The notes under the pieces were generated by a model. That model saw only the letters and a list, made by a program, of their open reading frames with translations, did no database searches and was not told where the DNA came from. A DNA stretch of 64,000 bases from sequence record PZ347661.1. One strand, written 5' to 3'. Below are positions 1-8,432 of the stretch, piece by piece; positions within the stretch are counted from its first letter, which is position 1; the number at the start of each line of letters is the position of its first letter. This DNA is from a phage. The position numbers and the translations under genes are program-made.

Positions 1-86
1 GGCTGAGGCTACACCCTTACACTCAACTAGCCCCCCCGGTATGTTGACGGTGTAGCCACCACCCTACCCCACCTTACACGTTACAC

Positions 87-99
87 GTTGCTCCGCAAC
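87..99 (+). promoter_or_regulatory. Hairpin promoter candidate of the N4 virion-RNAP type (stem GTTGC/GCAAC, loop TCC, then CTATGG)
   Basis: Inverted repeat with 3-nt loop read directly; same architecture and CTCCGC core as the hairpins at 756, 1016 and 5877; lies ~45 nt upstream of the first ORF. Confidence 0.5.
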
Positions 100-142
100 C
101 TATGGACATGTCGTCCTATCATCAACTATTGGAGCTATCATC

Positions 143-466
143 ATGACTACTCAAGCTACTGTACGTATGACCGCAGGAACTTTACTTGGTACTGTTAACT
201 CAGCTGCTACTACTGTTGCAGATACATTCAGCACAGCAACTAAAGCAGTAGGTATGCTTAATTCATATGTTAGTACGATGGCAGAGAAACAAGCCATTCG
301 TACTAAATTAGAAATGCATACCTTTGTTAATAAACTGGCAGAGGAAACAGCTATGACTGAGACTCTGCGTAAGAAAAGTATCGAGGAATTCTGCAAGGAT
401 TCAGAGAACGCTCGAATCTATAACGCAGAATATTCCAAAGTAATCGACATCCTGACTAAAGACTAA
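143..466 (+). CDS. hypothetical early protein (107 aa)
   Basis: ORF with GGAG RBS about 8 nt upstream; between hairpin promoter and terminator. Confidence 0.6.
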   Translation: MTTQATVRMTAGTLLGTVNSAATTVADTFSTATKAVGMLNSYVSTMAEKQAIRTKLEMHTFVNKLAEETAMTETLRKKSIEEFCKDSENARIYNAEYSKVIDILTKD

Positions 467-473
467 GTCATCA

Positions 474-499
474 AGGAGACTCTTCGGAGTCTCCTTTTA
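474..499 (+). terminator. intrinsic terminator (9-bp GC-rich stem, TTCG loop, T tract)
   Basis: AGGAGACTC-TTCG-GAGTCTCCT followed by TTTTAT. Confidence 0.7.
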
Positions 500-554
500 T
501 AAACATTAGATAGATAATCAAAAGTAGATAACTATCTACTTTAGGAGAAGTAAA

Positions 555-749
555 ATGTCCGTGACAGAATGCAAATCTGAAAGTCCAGGAGAAGCTTTGG
601 AAAGATTCGAAAAAGCTTTGATGGATTACCAACACGCTTTAACAATTCATCGCTTAGACTTCGATACAGAAGACGATTTGCCTGATTTAAAGGCAAAGAT
701 GGAAACTGCTAAGGAAGAACTTCTAACCTGGTTGTCTTACATTCCTTAA
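555..749 (+). CDS. hypothetical early protein (64 aa)
   Basis: ORF with AGGAG RBS. Confidence 0.55.
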   Translation: MSVTECKSESPGEALERFEKALMDYQHALTIHRLDFDTEDDLPDLKAKMETAKEELLTWLSYIP

Positions 750-755
750 AACCCG

Positions 756-770
756 AGAAGCTCCGCTTCT
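756..770 (+). promoter_or_regulatory. Hairpin promoter candidate of the N4 virion-RNAP type (stem AGAAGC/GCTTCT, loop TCC, then GTTGG)
   Basis: Perfect 6-bp inverted repeat with 3-nt loop; complementary strand reads GAAGCGGAGCTTC; conserved with 1016 and 5877. Confidence 0.6.
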
Positions 771-794
771 GTTGGATACAATTAGGAGACAACC

Positions 795-1010
795 ATGAAC
801 GTAGAAAATATCCGTATAATTGAGAATTGCTTTAGTAATAAACCTGTAGACCTCAGCAACGCAAGAAGGTCTACAGATAAAGAGTATGGAAAGTTTCTAT
901 CCTTACTCGATGAGTATCGTATGCAAGGGCATGTTGAATTACATGCTTATCTGCATAACTCAGGCTACTTCATGGACAAACTGGAAGCTAATACAGGCTG
1001 TCCATTCTGA
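795..1010 (+). CDS. hypothetical early protein (71 aa)
   Basis: ORF with AGGAGA RBS. Confidence 0.55.
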   Translation: MNVENIRIIENCFSNKPVDLSNARRSTDKEYGKFLSLLDEYRMQGHVELHAYLHNSGYFMDKLEANTGCPF

Positions 1011-1015
1011 AAACC

Positions 1016-1030
1016 AGACGCTCCGCGTCT
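1016..1030 (+). promoter_or_regulatory. Hairpin promoter candidate of the N4 virion-RNAP type (stem AGACGC/GCGTCT, loop TCC, then TATGG)
   Basis: Perfect 6-bp inverted repeat with 3-nt loop; same pattern as 756 and 5877. Confidence 0.6.
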
Positions 1031-1166
1031 TATGGAGTGCGTAGCACAACCTTCGAAGAAGGTTATGATGTAAATGCATCCACTAATCATTGAACTTTTA
1101 TCCTTTTGTTTGGGTGTTCTCACCGACGAGTTCACCCGTAAATCACATAAATCTGGAGAGTACAAA

Positions 1167-1547
1167 ATGTCTATTCAAAAATTCACTTTCGGTCAATCTA
1201 ACGCTGCTGCTACCACTGCTAAAGCTGATAAACCAAAAGCTCAGTTATGGCTGAACATTGGTTATGTAGCTAATGAAGGCTCTGATGATGAGAAATTCAT
1301 CTCTCTGCCTACTGGTATTCCACTGGATACTCAGGAACCACTGCCTACTAACAGTAGCAATGCTGACTTCCGTGCTATGCGTTGTGCACAGAACGATTTG
1401 CTGGAACAGTTAATCGCATATGCTCAGAACCTGGAACCAGGTGAAGAAGGTATCATTAACCTGCAAGTTCAACTTCGTCGTGTGAAAGCAGAGGCTGCTG
1501 ACATCCCAGCAGACGAGAATAAATATGCTCGTAAACTGACTTTCTAA
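1167..1547 (+). CDS. hypothetical early protein (126 aa); track ORF 1074 trimmed to the ATG with GGAG RBS
   Basis: ATG at 1167 preceded by CTGGAGAG; position would fit N4 early transcription factors but no motif supports that. Confidence 0.55.
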   Translation: MSIQKFTFGQSNAAATTAKADKPKAQLWLNIGYVANEGSDDEKFISLPTGIPLDTQEPLPTNSSNADFRAMRCAQNDLLEQLIAYAQNLEPGEEGIINLQVQLRRVKAEAADIPADENKYARKLTF

Positions 1548-1557
1548 TCAACTACTA

Positions 1558-1586
1558 GACTCCCTTCGGGGAGTCTTTTATTTTTA
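1558..1586 (+). terminator. intrinsic terminator (GACTCCC-TTCG-GGGAGTC plus T tract)
   Basis: 7-bp stem, tetraloop, TTTTATTTTT tail. Confidence 0.7.
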
Positions 1587-1690
1587 ACTATGCGAAAGGC
1601 TATTTCTACTTTTTGAGTATCTTTAGACGAAGGGTACTGAAACAGTAACCAGATAGATATAGATTTATATTAGATGAAGGAGTAACCATT

Positions 1691-1876
1691 ATGCGTACAA
1701 TTTGTAACCGTTATAATTCACAGAAGATGATTGTTATGTTGCAACCATGGGGCAGTAAGATGACACTAAATGCACGTTGGCAGGTATCTGTAAAAGATGA
1801 GAATGGTCACTGCTATGACCACTTCTTTGTAACTAAACCTACTCGTAAACAAATTCGTAAACTTCATAAGGCATAA
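1691..1876 (+). CDS. hypothetical protein (61 aa)
   Basis: ORF with GAAGGAG RBS. Confidence 0.5.
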   Translation: MRTICNRYNSQKMIVMLQPWGSKMTLNARWQVSVKDENGHCYDHFFVTKPTRKQIRKLHKA

Positions 1877-1880
1877 GACT

Positions 1881-2099
1881 ATGTTGGACTTCATTGCGTT
1901 TGTAATACTCTGTTATGTGCTATATCGCCTACGTGGTTACATCCTCAATGGAGCCAAGTGGGTAAGAACTAAGCTGGTACTTATCTGTAAGTTACCTGTT
2001 GTATTCGTTAAGTGTCTGTTTGCTTCCATCATAGCCAAAGAAGTTCGTAAGCAACTCTGGGCTAAGGAAGCAGAAGAGTTTGCAAAGAGGAACCAGTGA
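1881..2099 (+). CDS. hypothetical small hydrophobic protein (72 aa)
   Basis: ORF tightly packed after previous gene; weak RBS. Confidence 0.4.
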   Translation: MLDFIAFVILCYVLYRLRGYILNGAKWVRTKLVLICKLPVVFVKCLFASIIAKEVRKQLWAKEAEEFAKRNQ

Positions 2100-2278
2100 T
2101 ATTCACTAACATAGAAGATGCCATTGAAGAATGTATCTTTCGTAGGTATCACACTGGTATACAGAAACGACACTATGGTGTTGTACAACTCAATGGCTAT
2201 CAAATGGTTGTAAGAATTGTACGTAAGAGTAAACCTTTTAACTTTATGTGGAGTACTAAATCATGCGTAAGTCATTAA
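2096..2278 (+). CDS. hypothetical protein (60 aa, GTG start)
   Basis: ORF with non-ATG start overlapping previous stop. Confidence 0.3.
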   Translation: MIFTNIEDAIEECIFRRYHTGIQKRHYGVVQLNGYQMVVRIVRKSKPFNFMWSTKSCVSH

Positions 2279-2391
2279 TCATGGGAACCAAAGAAGACGT
2301 ACAAAAGATGAAAGAGCGTCTGGCTGCTAAGAAACAGACATCTGAACCAGTACGTAAGATTGTTACCTTCAATCATCCGTGTATCAAATAA
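2263..2391 (+). CDS. hypothetical small basic protein (42 aa, below the ORF-track cutoff)
   Basis: ATG with GGAG about 9 nt upstream; ends right before a terminator. Confidence 0.3.
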   Translation: MRKSLIMGTKEDVQKMKERLAAKKQTSEPVRKIVTFNHPCIK

Positions 2392-2396
2392 CAAGG

Positions 2397-2427
2397 AGTC
2401 CTCCATTAGGGGGACTTCTATTTTTTA
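2397..2427 (+). terminator. intrinsic terminator (8-bp stem, ATTA loop, T tract)
   Basis: AGTCCTCC-ATTA-GGGGGACT followed by TCTATTTTTT. Confidence 0.6.
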
Positions 2428-2502
2428 TTCCTGAATAGTTAGACCCGAAGGGTCAACCGTACGAAGTACGGTTAGATATGTATTTAAATAGGAGAAATAA
2501 CC

Positions 2503-2820
2503 TTGAATGAAATTGTTTGTATACTTCCTCAATCAGCTAAGATAGCTGACCGGAATATACGTATCCACTTACCATTCCCATTAAGCAATCCATTCACTCG
2601 TAATGAAAGAACCACAGTAGAAGACGTGGAGGTAGCTTATGAGGCTTACCTTCGTAATCGTCTTATTAGTGGTGACAAGTTAATTACAGCAGAGATGGAA
2701 AGGATTGCATCCTTTGTAACAGATAGTACAGGTAAGCCTGTTGGCTTAATTGGTACTGAATCTGATGTGAATGTTATTCGTAAAATATTAATGGAGGCAC
2801 TAAGTGAACAACCTCAGTGA
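2503..2820 (+). CDS. hypothetical protein (105 aa, TTG start)
   Basis: ORF with AGGAG 8 nt upstream of TTG. Confidence 0.45.
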   Translation: MNEIVCILPQSAKIADRNIRIHLPFPLSNPFTRNERTTVEDVEVAYEAYLRNRLISGDKLITAEMERIASFVTDSTGKPVGLIGTESDVNVIRKILMEALSEQPQ

Positions 2821-3037
2821 TGTAATTGTAGGTAATGAGATATTCGTTGACCGAAAAGGTTATGCCCGAATTAAACTAAAGGGTACTAACAGAACTATTG
2901 TTCGTAAGGTGTACTCTAAACCTTTTAGCAATTTCTCTATTGATGAAGTACGTATTAATAACAGGATGTACTTCATAGATAGTAAAGTATCTGTATGTCA
3001 TACAGATGGTAAAACCTCTCTTGAATATACTTACTAA
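2804..3037 (+). CDS. hypothetical protein (77 aa, GTG start)
   Basis: ORF overlapping previous gene end. Confidence 0.35.
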   Translation: MNNLSDVIVGNEIFVDRKGYARIKLKGTNRTIVRKVYSKPFSNFSIDEVRINNRMYFIDSKVSVCHTDGKTSLEYTY

Positions 3038-3049
3038 GGAATAAACAAA

Positions 3050-3271
3050 ATGTTGTTCAGCACTAATTATGGTATTTGCCCGATTTGCAATAAAGGAAGA
3101 GGAGTTGCTAATCATAAGAAGTGTAGTCGTATTCTACAGAAACAACGGAACCAGAAAGAATGGGATAAGATATTGGAAAACCAACACAAAGATGAGTTCA
3201 AGAAGACAGCTGTTAAGGCATCTACTCAGCTCATTCGTCGTACTAACTTCATAGAAGGTTATCAGAAATGA
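3050..3271 (+). CDS. hypothetical protein with N-terminal CPICNK motif (73 aa)
   Basis: ORF with AAGGA RBS; Cys pair may indicate a zinc ribbon. Confidence 0.5.
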   Translation: MLFSTNYGICPICNKGRGVANHKKCSRILQKQRNQKEWDKILENQHKDEFKKTAVKASTQLIRRTNFIEGYQK

Positions 3272-3624
3272 AACTAATCGTAGCTGGTGGAAGAGACTTC
3301 GTAGATACCAATCGTATGATTGAGGAATTACAGAAGTTAGTAAATTCAGGGAATATACCTGAATGCCCAGAATTAGTATGTGGCATGGCTCGTGGAGCAG
3401 ATATATTAGCTTTCCGTCTATGGAAATCTGCAAATATGCAGATACATGTATTCCCTGCTGAATGGGATACCTATGGCAAGTCTGCTGGATTCCGTAGGAA
3501 TAAAGAAATGGGTGAATTTGCAGATGCTGCTGTATGTTTCTGGGATGGTAAATCCAAAGGAACCAAGCACATGATTGATATCATGAATAGGCTTAATAAA
3601 CCTGTATACGTTGTGAGGTACTAA
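3268..3624 (+). CDS. Rossmann-like SLOG/DUF2493-like protein (118 aa)
   Basis: LIVAGGRDF ... CGMARGADILA pattern resembles LOG/DprA-type nucleotide-binding folds; family assignment is an inference. Confidence 0.5.
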   Translation: MKLIVAGGRDFVDTNRMIEELQKLVNSGNIPECPELVCGMARGADILAFRLWKSANMQIHVFPAEWDTYGKSAGFRRNKEMGEFADAAVCFWDGKSKGTKHMIDIMNRLNKPVYVVRY

Positions 3625-3882
3625 ATGATTATTACATATCCTACAGGCAAGAACGTAGATTATATGGGACATACTATCCAAGTACCACATTGGGTTAAGT
3701 ATATAGCTTTATATACTCGGCAATATAAAAGTGCTAATACCTCATTAATAGGATTCTCTAAGAAACCTAAGCTAACAGAAAACAATATCTGGGTATCCTC
3801 TGGGAGACAAGAAGAGATTGGTTTTTGTGATTTGAGTATTATCGATAATAACGTTTACCTAACGCTGGAGAAAGTAGCATGA
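3625..3882 (+). CDS. hypothetical protein (85 aa)
   Basis: ORF in tight operon. Confidence 0.45.
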   Translation: MIITYPTGKNVDYMGHTIQVPHWVKYIALYTRQYKSANTSLIGFSKKPKLTENNIWVSSGRQEEIGFCDLSIIDNNVYLTLEKVA

Positions 3883-4070
3883 ATATTGAAAATTATGAAA
3901 TCACTTTAGTAACAGCAGATAGTAAAACTGTGATTAAAAAACAATTAAATAATGACCCCGAGATGCTTAACTGGGTTGCAGAGCAATTTGCTGATGTTAA
4001 CTCAGCACAGGTAACCATACGGAATATGTCAGGAAAAGTAGTAGCATTTACAGGCAAGGAGCCAGTATGA
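3879..4070 (+). CDS. hypothetical protein (63 aa)
   Basis: ORF, start overlaps previous stop. Confidence 0.45.
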   Translation: MNIENYEITLVTADSKTVIKKQLNNDPEMLNWVAEQFADVNSAQVTIRNMSGKVVAFTGKEPV

Positions 4071-4381
4071 AAACTATTTTAGTAGTCCATGATTCTACAT
4101 TTACTGATGTAGATAAGATGATGCGTAATATTGATTATGTATCTCAGACAAGCCAAGCATTCAATGAAGAGTTTACTCTGTACTGTAATGCTGAATCACC
4201 ACTGGTTCCTATCCTTAAGGAATCAGGTCTACCATTCTCTACAGAGAACTTCCCGGAAGAACCGGACTATGTAATCTCATTTATCTATGACTTACATGAT
4301 GGTTCTGAAACCAGTGAATTAGCTATGAACCAGTGGCGTAGTAAACGTCCTGTGTTCGCATTTCAGGTACTTAAGCCATGA
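4067..4381 (+). CDS. hypothetical acidic protein (104 aa)
   Basis: ORF, ATGA overlap coupling. Confidence 0.5.
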   Translation: MKTILVVHDSTFTDVDKMMRNIDYVSQTSQAFNEEFTLYCNAESPLVPILKESGLPFSTENFPEEPDYVISFIYDLHDGSETSELAMNQWRSKRPVFAFQVLKP

Positions 4382-4620
4382 TATATGAAGAATATTACGT
4401 ATTTAAAAAAGGAGATGAGTTTATAGCCATGCCTGATGATTACATTGATTGGCATACAACTCCAGTATTAAGCGAAGCATTTTCCGTACCTAACCTAGAA
4501 GAGGTTAATAAAGTAATGAACGGGGTAATGTTAACTAGAGGACTAGCTTATAAAATAGACGCATTAGAAGGAACTACTGTATGTAAAGTAGTTACATCTA
4601 TTGAGGTACTTAAACCATGA
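4378..4620 (+). CDS. hypothetical protein (80 aa)
   Basis: ORF, overlap coupling. Confidence 0.5.
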   Translation: MIYEEYYVFKKGDEFIAMPDDYIDWHTTPVLSEAFSVPNLEEVNKVMNGVMLTRGLAYKIDALEGTTVCKVVTSIEVLKP

Positions 4621-4997
4621 AGATTATGTCATTAGGTGACGACACCAATGCTTTACTAGGTGTATCTGCACGCCCAATCATCATTGTTAATAAACATCAC
4701 GGTAAATCCGGTGAGTATATTGGACGTGGCTCACCATTAGGCAATCCATTCGTTATTGGTAAAGACGGTTCGAGAGAACAGGTTATAGCCAAGTATCGAG
4801 TATGGCTTAATGAACAAATTATGAGAAAGAATCCAGTTGTACTGGATGAACTTAATCGTCTTGGTAATAAAGCCATTGACGAGAAAGGATTAGCCTTACA
4901 GTGCTTCTGCTATCCAAAACCATGTCATGGTGAGGTTATTAAAGAGAAGCTAGTAAAGGCTATGTATAACTACTTTGTAGAAAACCCAAAAGGATAA
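4617..4997 (+). CDS. DUF4326-like protein (126 aa)
   Basis: GRGSPLGNPF motif; family assignment from memory, needs HMM confirmation. Confidence 0.5.
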   Translation: MKIMSLGDDTNALLGVSARPIIIVNKHHGKSGEYIGRGSPLGNPFVIGKDGSREQVIAKYRVWLNEQIMRKNPVVLDELNRLGNKAIDEKGLALQCFCYPKPCHGEVIKEKLVKAMYNYFVENPKG

Positions 4998-5000
4998 TTT

Positions 5001-5360
5001 ATGAAAGAAATCCTAGTATTCACTACTAATACACTAGGGCAGCATACCAATGCTGCTGCCAAGCTAGCTTATAAGAAGCATGGTGCTCGCTGGGGTATGG
5101 CCTATGGTCATTACGGTAATAGCTTTGCCATTCCAGTAAGGGATGGCAGTGGTAACCGAATTAAAGAAGGTGCTATCTATGGCTTCGTTGAAGGCTTTAT
5201 TTCCTATGCATCTACTAATCCTCAGTGGGATTTCAAAGTAATGGGGGATGACTTTCTGGACCCATACCTGTTCAATAATGTCACTGGCAATGTGCTATTG
5301 CCAGAAGCATGGCGTAAATACTTAGGTGATGCTTACAACTACTGGGGAACCTCCTCATGA
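5001..5360 (+). CDS. hypothetical protein (119 aa)
   Basis: ORF with AAAGGA RBS. Confidence 0.55.
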   Translation: MKEILVFTTNTLGQHTNAAAKLAYKKHGARWGMAYGHYGNSFAIPVRDGSGNRIKEGAIYGFVEGFISYASTNPQWDFKVMGDDFLDPYLFNNVTGNVLLPEAWRKYLGDAYNYWGTSS

Positions 5361-5533
5361 CTAAAAAAGAGCGCAGTCAATTACAATCCTTAATACGTAA
5401 ACATGTAGCAGCTCAAGTTGCTCTATCATGGTCTGGTTCTCAAGATCCAGAAGACAGAGAAATAATTGAAGCCAATGCAGAGTATGCAAAGCGTAAATTA
5501 TACAATTGGATTTCAATGAGAGTAGACCAATAA
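5357..5533 (+). CDS. hypothetical small protein (58 aa)
   Basis: ATGA overlap with previous stop fills a gap without ORF-track entries. Confidence 0.35.
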   Translation: MTKKERSQLQSLIRKHVAAQVALSWSGSQDPEDREIIEANAEYAKRKLYNWISMRVDQ

Positions 5534-5607
5534 ATGGAGTTACTAACTTATTTAATAGTCCTATGGTCCATAGGTGGAACCACTGTATGGCTTATACCGG
5601 AGATACT

Positions 5608-5871
5608 ACCATGACATATGAAGAACTGTGGTCTGCTCAAGTCAGAGCCAGAGCACTCACACGGCATGACATCTATTGTGCATTACAAAATGAATTAAAG
5701 AGTCGTACTAAACTAGGCCACATATCTGGCTTCATCAAAATACCTATGACTAGCCTAGTCTGGCCTTATCAGAAGAAAAGTAATGAGTTTAATGGTAATG
5801 GTCTGCATGTACGCATCGACTACATTGGTAATGAAAATAGTATTCGTATTACCTTTTGGACCAAACGTTAG
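5608..5871 (+). CDS. hypothetical protein (87 aa; track ORF 5506 trimmed to ATG with GGAG RBS)
   Basis: ATG at 5608 preceded by CCGGAGATACTACC; start uncertain. Confidence 0.35.
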   Translation, partial: TMTYEELWSAQVRARALTRHDIYCALQNELKSRTKLGHISGFIKIPMTSLVWPYQKKSNEFNGNGLHVRIDYIGNENSIRITFWTKR

Positions 5872-5876
5872 GTAAT

Positions 5877-5891
5877 AGCTGCTCCGCAGCT
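5877..5891 (+). promoter_or_regulatory. Hairpin promoter candidate of the N4 virion-RNAP type (stem AGCTGC/GCAGCT, loop TCC, then TTTGG)
   Basis: Perfect 6-bp inverted repeat with TCC loop, immediately upstream of the RNAP II genes. Confidence 0.55.
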
Positions 5892-5924
5892 TTTGGTTAT
5901 TAATCATATTTAGGAGAATAAGCG

Positions 5925-6743
5925 ATGTACTCATCTATTGAACATCAGAAGCAACTTGAAATCCTTTTCAACAAGAATCAATTACTCCCTCGCATGAGGA
6001 AGGAATTCGAGGACTCCGAAGAAATTGACTTTAAGGCATTTGCTGCCTATTTAGAAATTGATTATAAGCTGCTCATTGATGCAATGGTGCAGATTGCCCT
6101 ACATAAACGTGCTGACATTCAGACTATGATTGGCTCTCTCATGAGTCACTCAGATGATGCTCAGTACATCGCTGACTGTCTGTATAAGATGGCAGAGAAT
6201 GACTGCTTCAACTATGACCCTACCATCGACAAGTTCGGTGTTATCTATGAGATTAGTGAAGATGTTCAGATGGAACTGGAAGCATTCCAGTATCCTTTGC
6301 CTATCGTAAGTGCTCCTAAGCCTGTTAAGTGTAACCGTGATACTGGTTACTACGAAAGCAGAGGTAGCATCATCCTCAAGAAGAACCATCATGAGATGGA
6401 TGTCTGTCTTGATCACATCAACCGCATGAATAACCAACGTCTCTGCATTAACTGGGACGTTGCTAACTATGTAAAAGACTCTCGTCCTAATATGGATAAA
6501 CCTAAAGAGGGTGAAACCCGTCAGGACTATGAGAAACGTGTCAAAGCCTTTGAGAAGTACAGCCGTACAGCTAAGGAAGTAATGGAGTTAGTGACCAAGG
6601 AAGGTAATAACTTCTCTCTGGCTCACAAATATGACAAACGTGGGCGTACATATGCCTGTGGCTACCACATCAACTATCAGGGAACCAGTTACAACAAAGC
6701 TGTTCTGGAGTTCGCTGATAAGGAGCTAGTAAACAATGATTAA
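5925..6743 (+). CDS. phage RNA polymerase II small subunit (N4 gp15-like, 272 aa)
   Basis: Size and position match the N4 two-subunit RNAP II (recalled sizes 269 and 404 aa); adjacent to the large subunit, which carries polymerase motifs. Confidence 0.65.
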   Translation: MYSSIEHQKQLEILFNKNQLLPRMRKEFEDSEEIDFKAFAAYLEIDYKLLIDAMVQIALHKRADIQTMIGSLMSHSDDAQYIADCLYKMAENDCFNYDPTIDKFGVIYEISEDVQMELEAFQYPLPIVSAPKPVKCNRDTGYYESRGSIILKKNHHEMDVCLDHINRMNNQRLCINWDVANYVKDSRPNMDKPKEGETRQDYEKRVKAFEKYSRTAKEVMELVTKEGNNFSLAHKYDKRGRTYACGYHINYQGTSYNKAVLEFADKELVNND

Positions 6744-6846
6744 TCATCGTGCAGTAGCTGACTTCTACGCTCACAGAGAACTAGTGTTAAAACGTATTAA
6801 CGAAGCTCTCAAACGTGAGGCAGAGGCCAAACGTAAACGTAAATAA
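6736..6846 (+). CDS. hypothetical small basic protein (36 aa) between the RNAP II subunit genes
   Basis: ATG with AGGAGC RBS; very short, speculative. Confidence 0.25.
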   Translation: MINHRAVADFYAHRELVLKRINEALKREAEAKRKRK

Positions 6847-6900
6847 ATCCAATAAGCAGGCTCTCCATAGTGGGGAGCCAAGAAGCAAAAGGAACATAAA

Positions 6901-8118
6901 ATGCAACTGTTAACCGCTAAAGAATACCTGAAAGTAGATATCGCCAATAACTATGGCTTAGATAAGAAGACATGGGATGAACGTATTGCCTGGTTCGATG
7001 AGAACGAAGCTAACCTGCTTAATCTGGTAGATGAAGCTGAAGATTCTGCTCTGTTCTTTGCAGGTGTAAATGCATGGAAAGACATGAAAGCTGGTAAACC
7101 TATCGGTTATGCCGTAGCTCTGGATGCTACATCATCTGGCTTACAGTTACTGGCTTGCCTGACTGGTGACCGTTCTGCTGCTGAACTGTGTAACGTAGTT
7201 AACTATATGGGTGAGAATGGTAAACCCTTACGTCGTGATGCTTATACAGTTATCTATCACAAGATGCTGGACATCCTTGGTGAAGCATCACGTATTAAAC
7301 GTAGTGACACTAAGCAGGCAGTTATGACTGCATTCTACGGTTCAGAAGCCAAGCCTAAAGAAGTATTCGGTGAAGGTATTCGTCTCAAGACTTTTGAGAA
7401 TGTAATGGAAACTGTTGCTAGTGGTCCTTGGGCACTTAACAAGTTCTTACTGCAATGTGGTAATCCTGATGCTAACCGTTACGTATGGGTACTTCCTGAC
7501 AACTTCCATGCTGTCATTAAGGTCATGGTTCCAGAAGTACAGACTGTTAACTTCTTAGGTAAACCATTCGACATCACTCGTATGGTTCAGGGTACTGAAG
7601 AGAAGACTCGTATGCTCTCTGCTAACATTACCCACTCTATTGATGGGATGGTAGTACGTGAGATGCTGCGTCGTTGTAACTTCGACCCTAAACTGGTTGC
7701 CTATGTACGTGAACTATGTGATATCGGGCCAAGCAATTATCCTGCTATCGAAGGGAACCTGGAAATGACTATGGAAATTTGGAATCATTATGAGAAGTCT
7801 GGGTTCCTGTCACTATCTATTCTGGACTACCTTGACCCGAATACCATTGCATTGGTAGACCGTCAGGTAATAGCAGATATGATTGACACTCTGCCTAAGA
7901 AACCATTCCCTGTAATGACTGTACATGACTGCTTCCGTTGTCATCCTAACTACGGTAATGACCTGCGTCGTCAGTACAATCAGATTCTGTCTGATATTGC
8001 TAAGAGTGACCTACTGGGCTTCATCTTGTCTCAGGTACTAGGACAAGAGTTCTCCGCTGGTAAGCTGGATGACAGCCTCTGGCAGGACATTCTTGAAACA
8101 GACTATGCATTAAGTTAA
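6901..8118 (+). CDS. phage RNA polymerase II large subunit (N4 gp16-like, 405 aa)
   Basis: KQAVMTAFYGS resembles motif B and TVHDCF motif C of T7-like single-subunit RNAPs; size matches N4. Confidence 0.8.
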   Translation: MQLLTAKEYLKVDIANNYGLDKKTWDERIAWFDENEANLLNLVDEAEDSALFFAGVNAWKDMKAGKPIGYAVALDATSSGLQLLACLTGDRSAAELCNVVNYMGENGKPLRRDAYTVIYHKMLDILGEASRIKRSDTKQAVMTAFYGSEAKPKEVFGEGIRLKTFENVMETVASGPWALNKFLLQCGNPDANRYVWVLPDNFHAVIKVMVPEVQTVNFLGKPFDITRMVQGTEEKTRMLSANITHSIDGMVVREMLRRCNFDPKLVAYVRELCDIGPSNYPAIEGNLEMTMEIWNHYEKSGFLSLSILDYLDPNTIALVDRQVIADMIDTLPKKPFPVMTVHDCFRCHPNYGNDLRRQYNQILSDIAKSDLLGFILSQVLGQEFSAGKLDDSLWQDILETDYALS

Positions 8119-8125
8119 TAAACTA

Positions 8126-8159
8126 GCCTCATTCCTTCGGGAGTGAGGCATATTTTTTG
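8126..8159 (+). terminator. intrinsic terminator (10-bp stem with TTCG loop, T tract)
   Basis: GCCTCATTCC-TTCG-GGAGTGAGGC followed by ATATTTTTT. Confidence 0.65.
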
Positions 8160-8175
8160 CTTGGAGGTAATAACT

Positions 8176-8358
8176 ATGCTAATCCCTTTTGAAGTAATCT
8201 CTCAGCTAATACTGATAGTTTTATCTGTACTGGTTCTGTCTACAATAGTTCATGCCCACAAATCTAAGTTTGCTTGCTACTGTTATGGAGCATACTCGCT
8301 AGGCTGCTTTGTAATGGCAGGATGGATAGCTTTTGCTGTCTACTGTGTAAACAACTAA
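8176..8358 (+). CDS. small membrane protein (60 aa)
   Basis: ATG with GGAGG RBS; two hydrophobic segments. Confidence 0.4.
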   Translation: MLIPFEVISQLILIVLSVLVLSTIVHAHKSKFACYCYGAYSLGCFVMAGWIAFAVYCVNN

Positions 8359-8386
8359 CCCTCTTAACGGAGGGTTTTTATTTTTA
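8357..8386 (+). terminator. intrinsic terminator
   Basis: AACCCTC stem, GAGGGTT partner, TTTTATTTTT tail. Confidence 0.6.
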
Positions 8387-8432
8387 TTCATCATGTATAC
8401 TAATCCTGCTATTTACTTATGAGGAAATTGAT

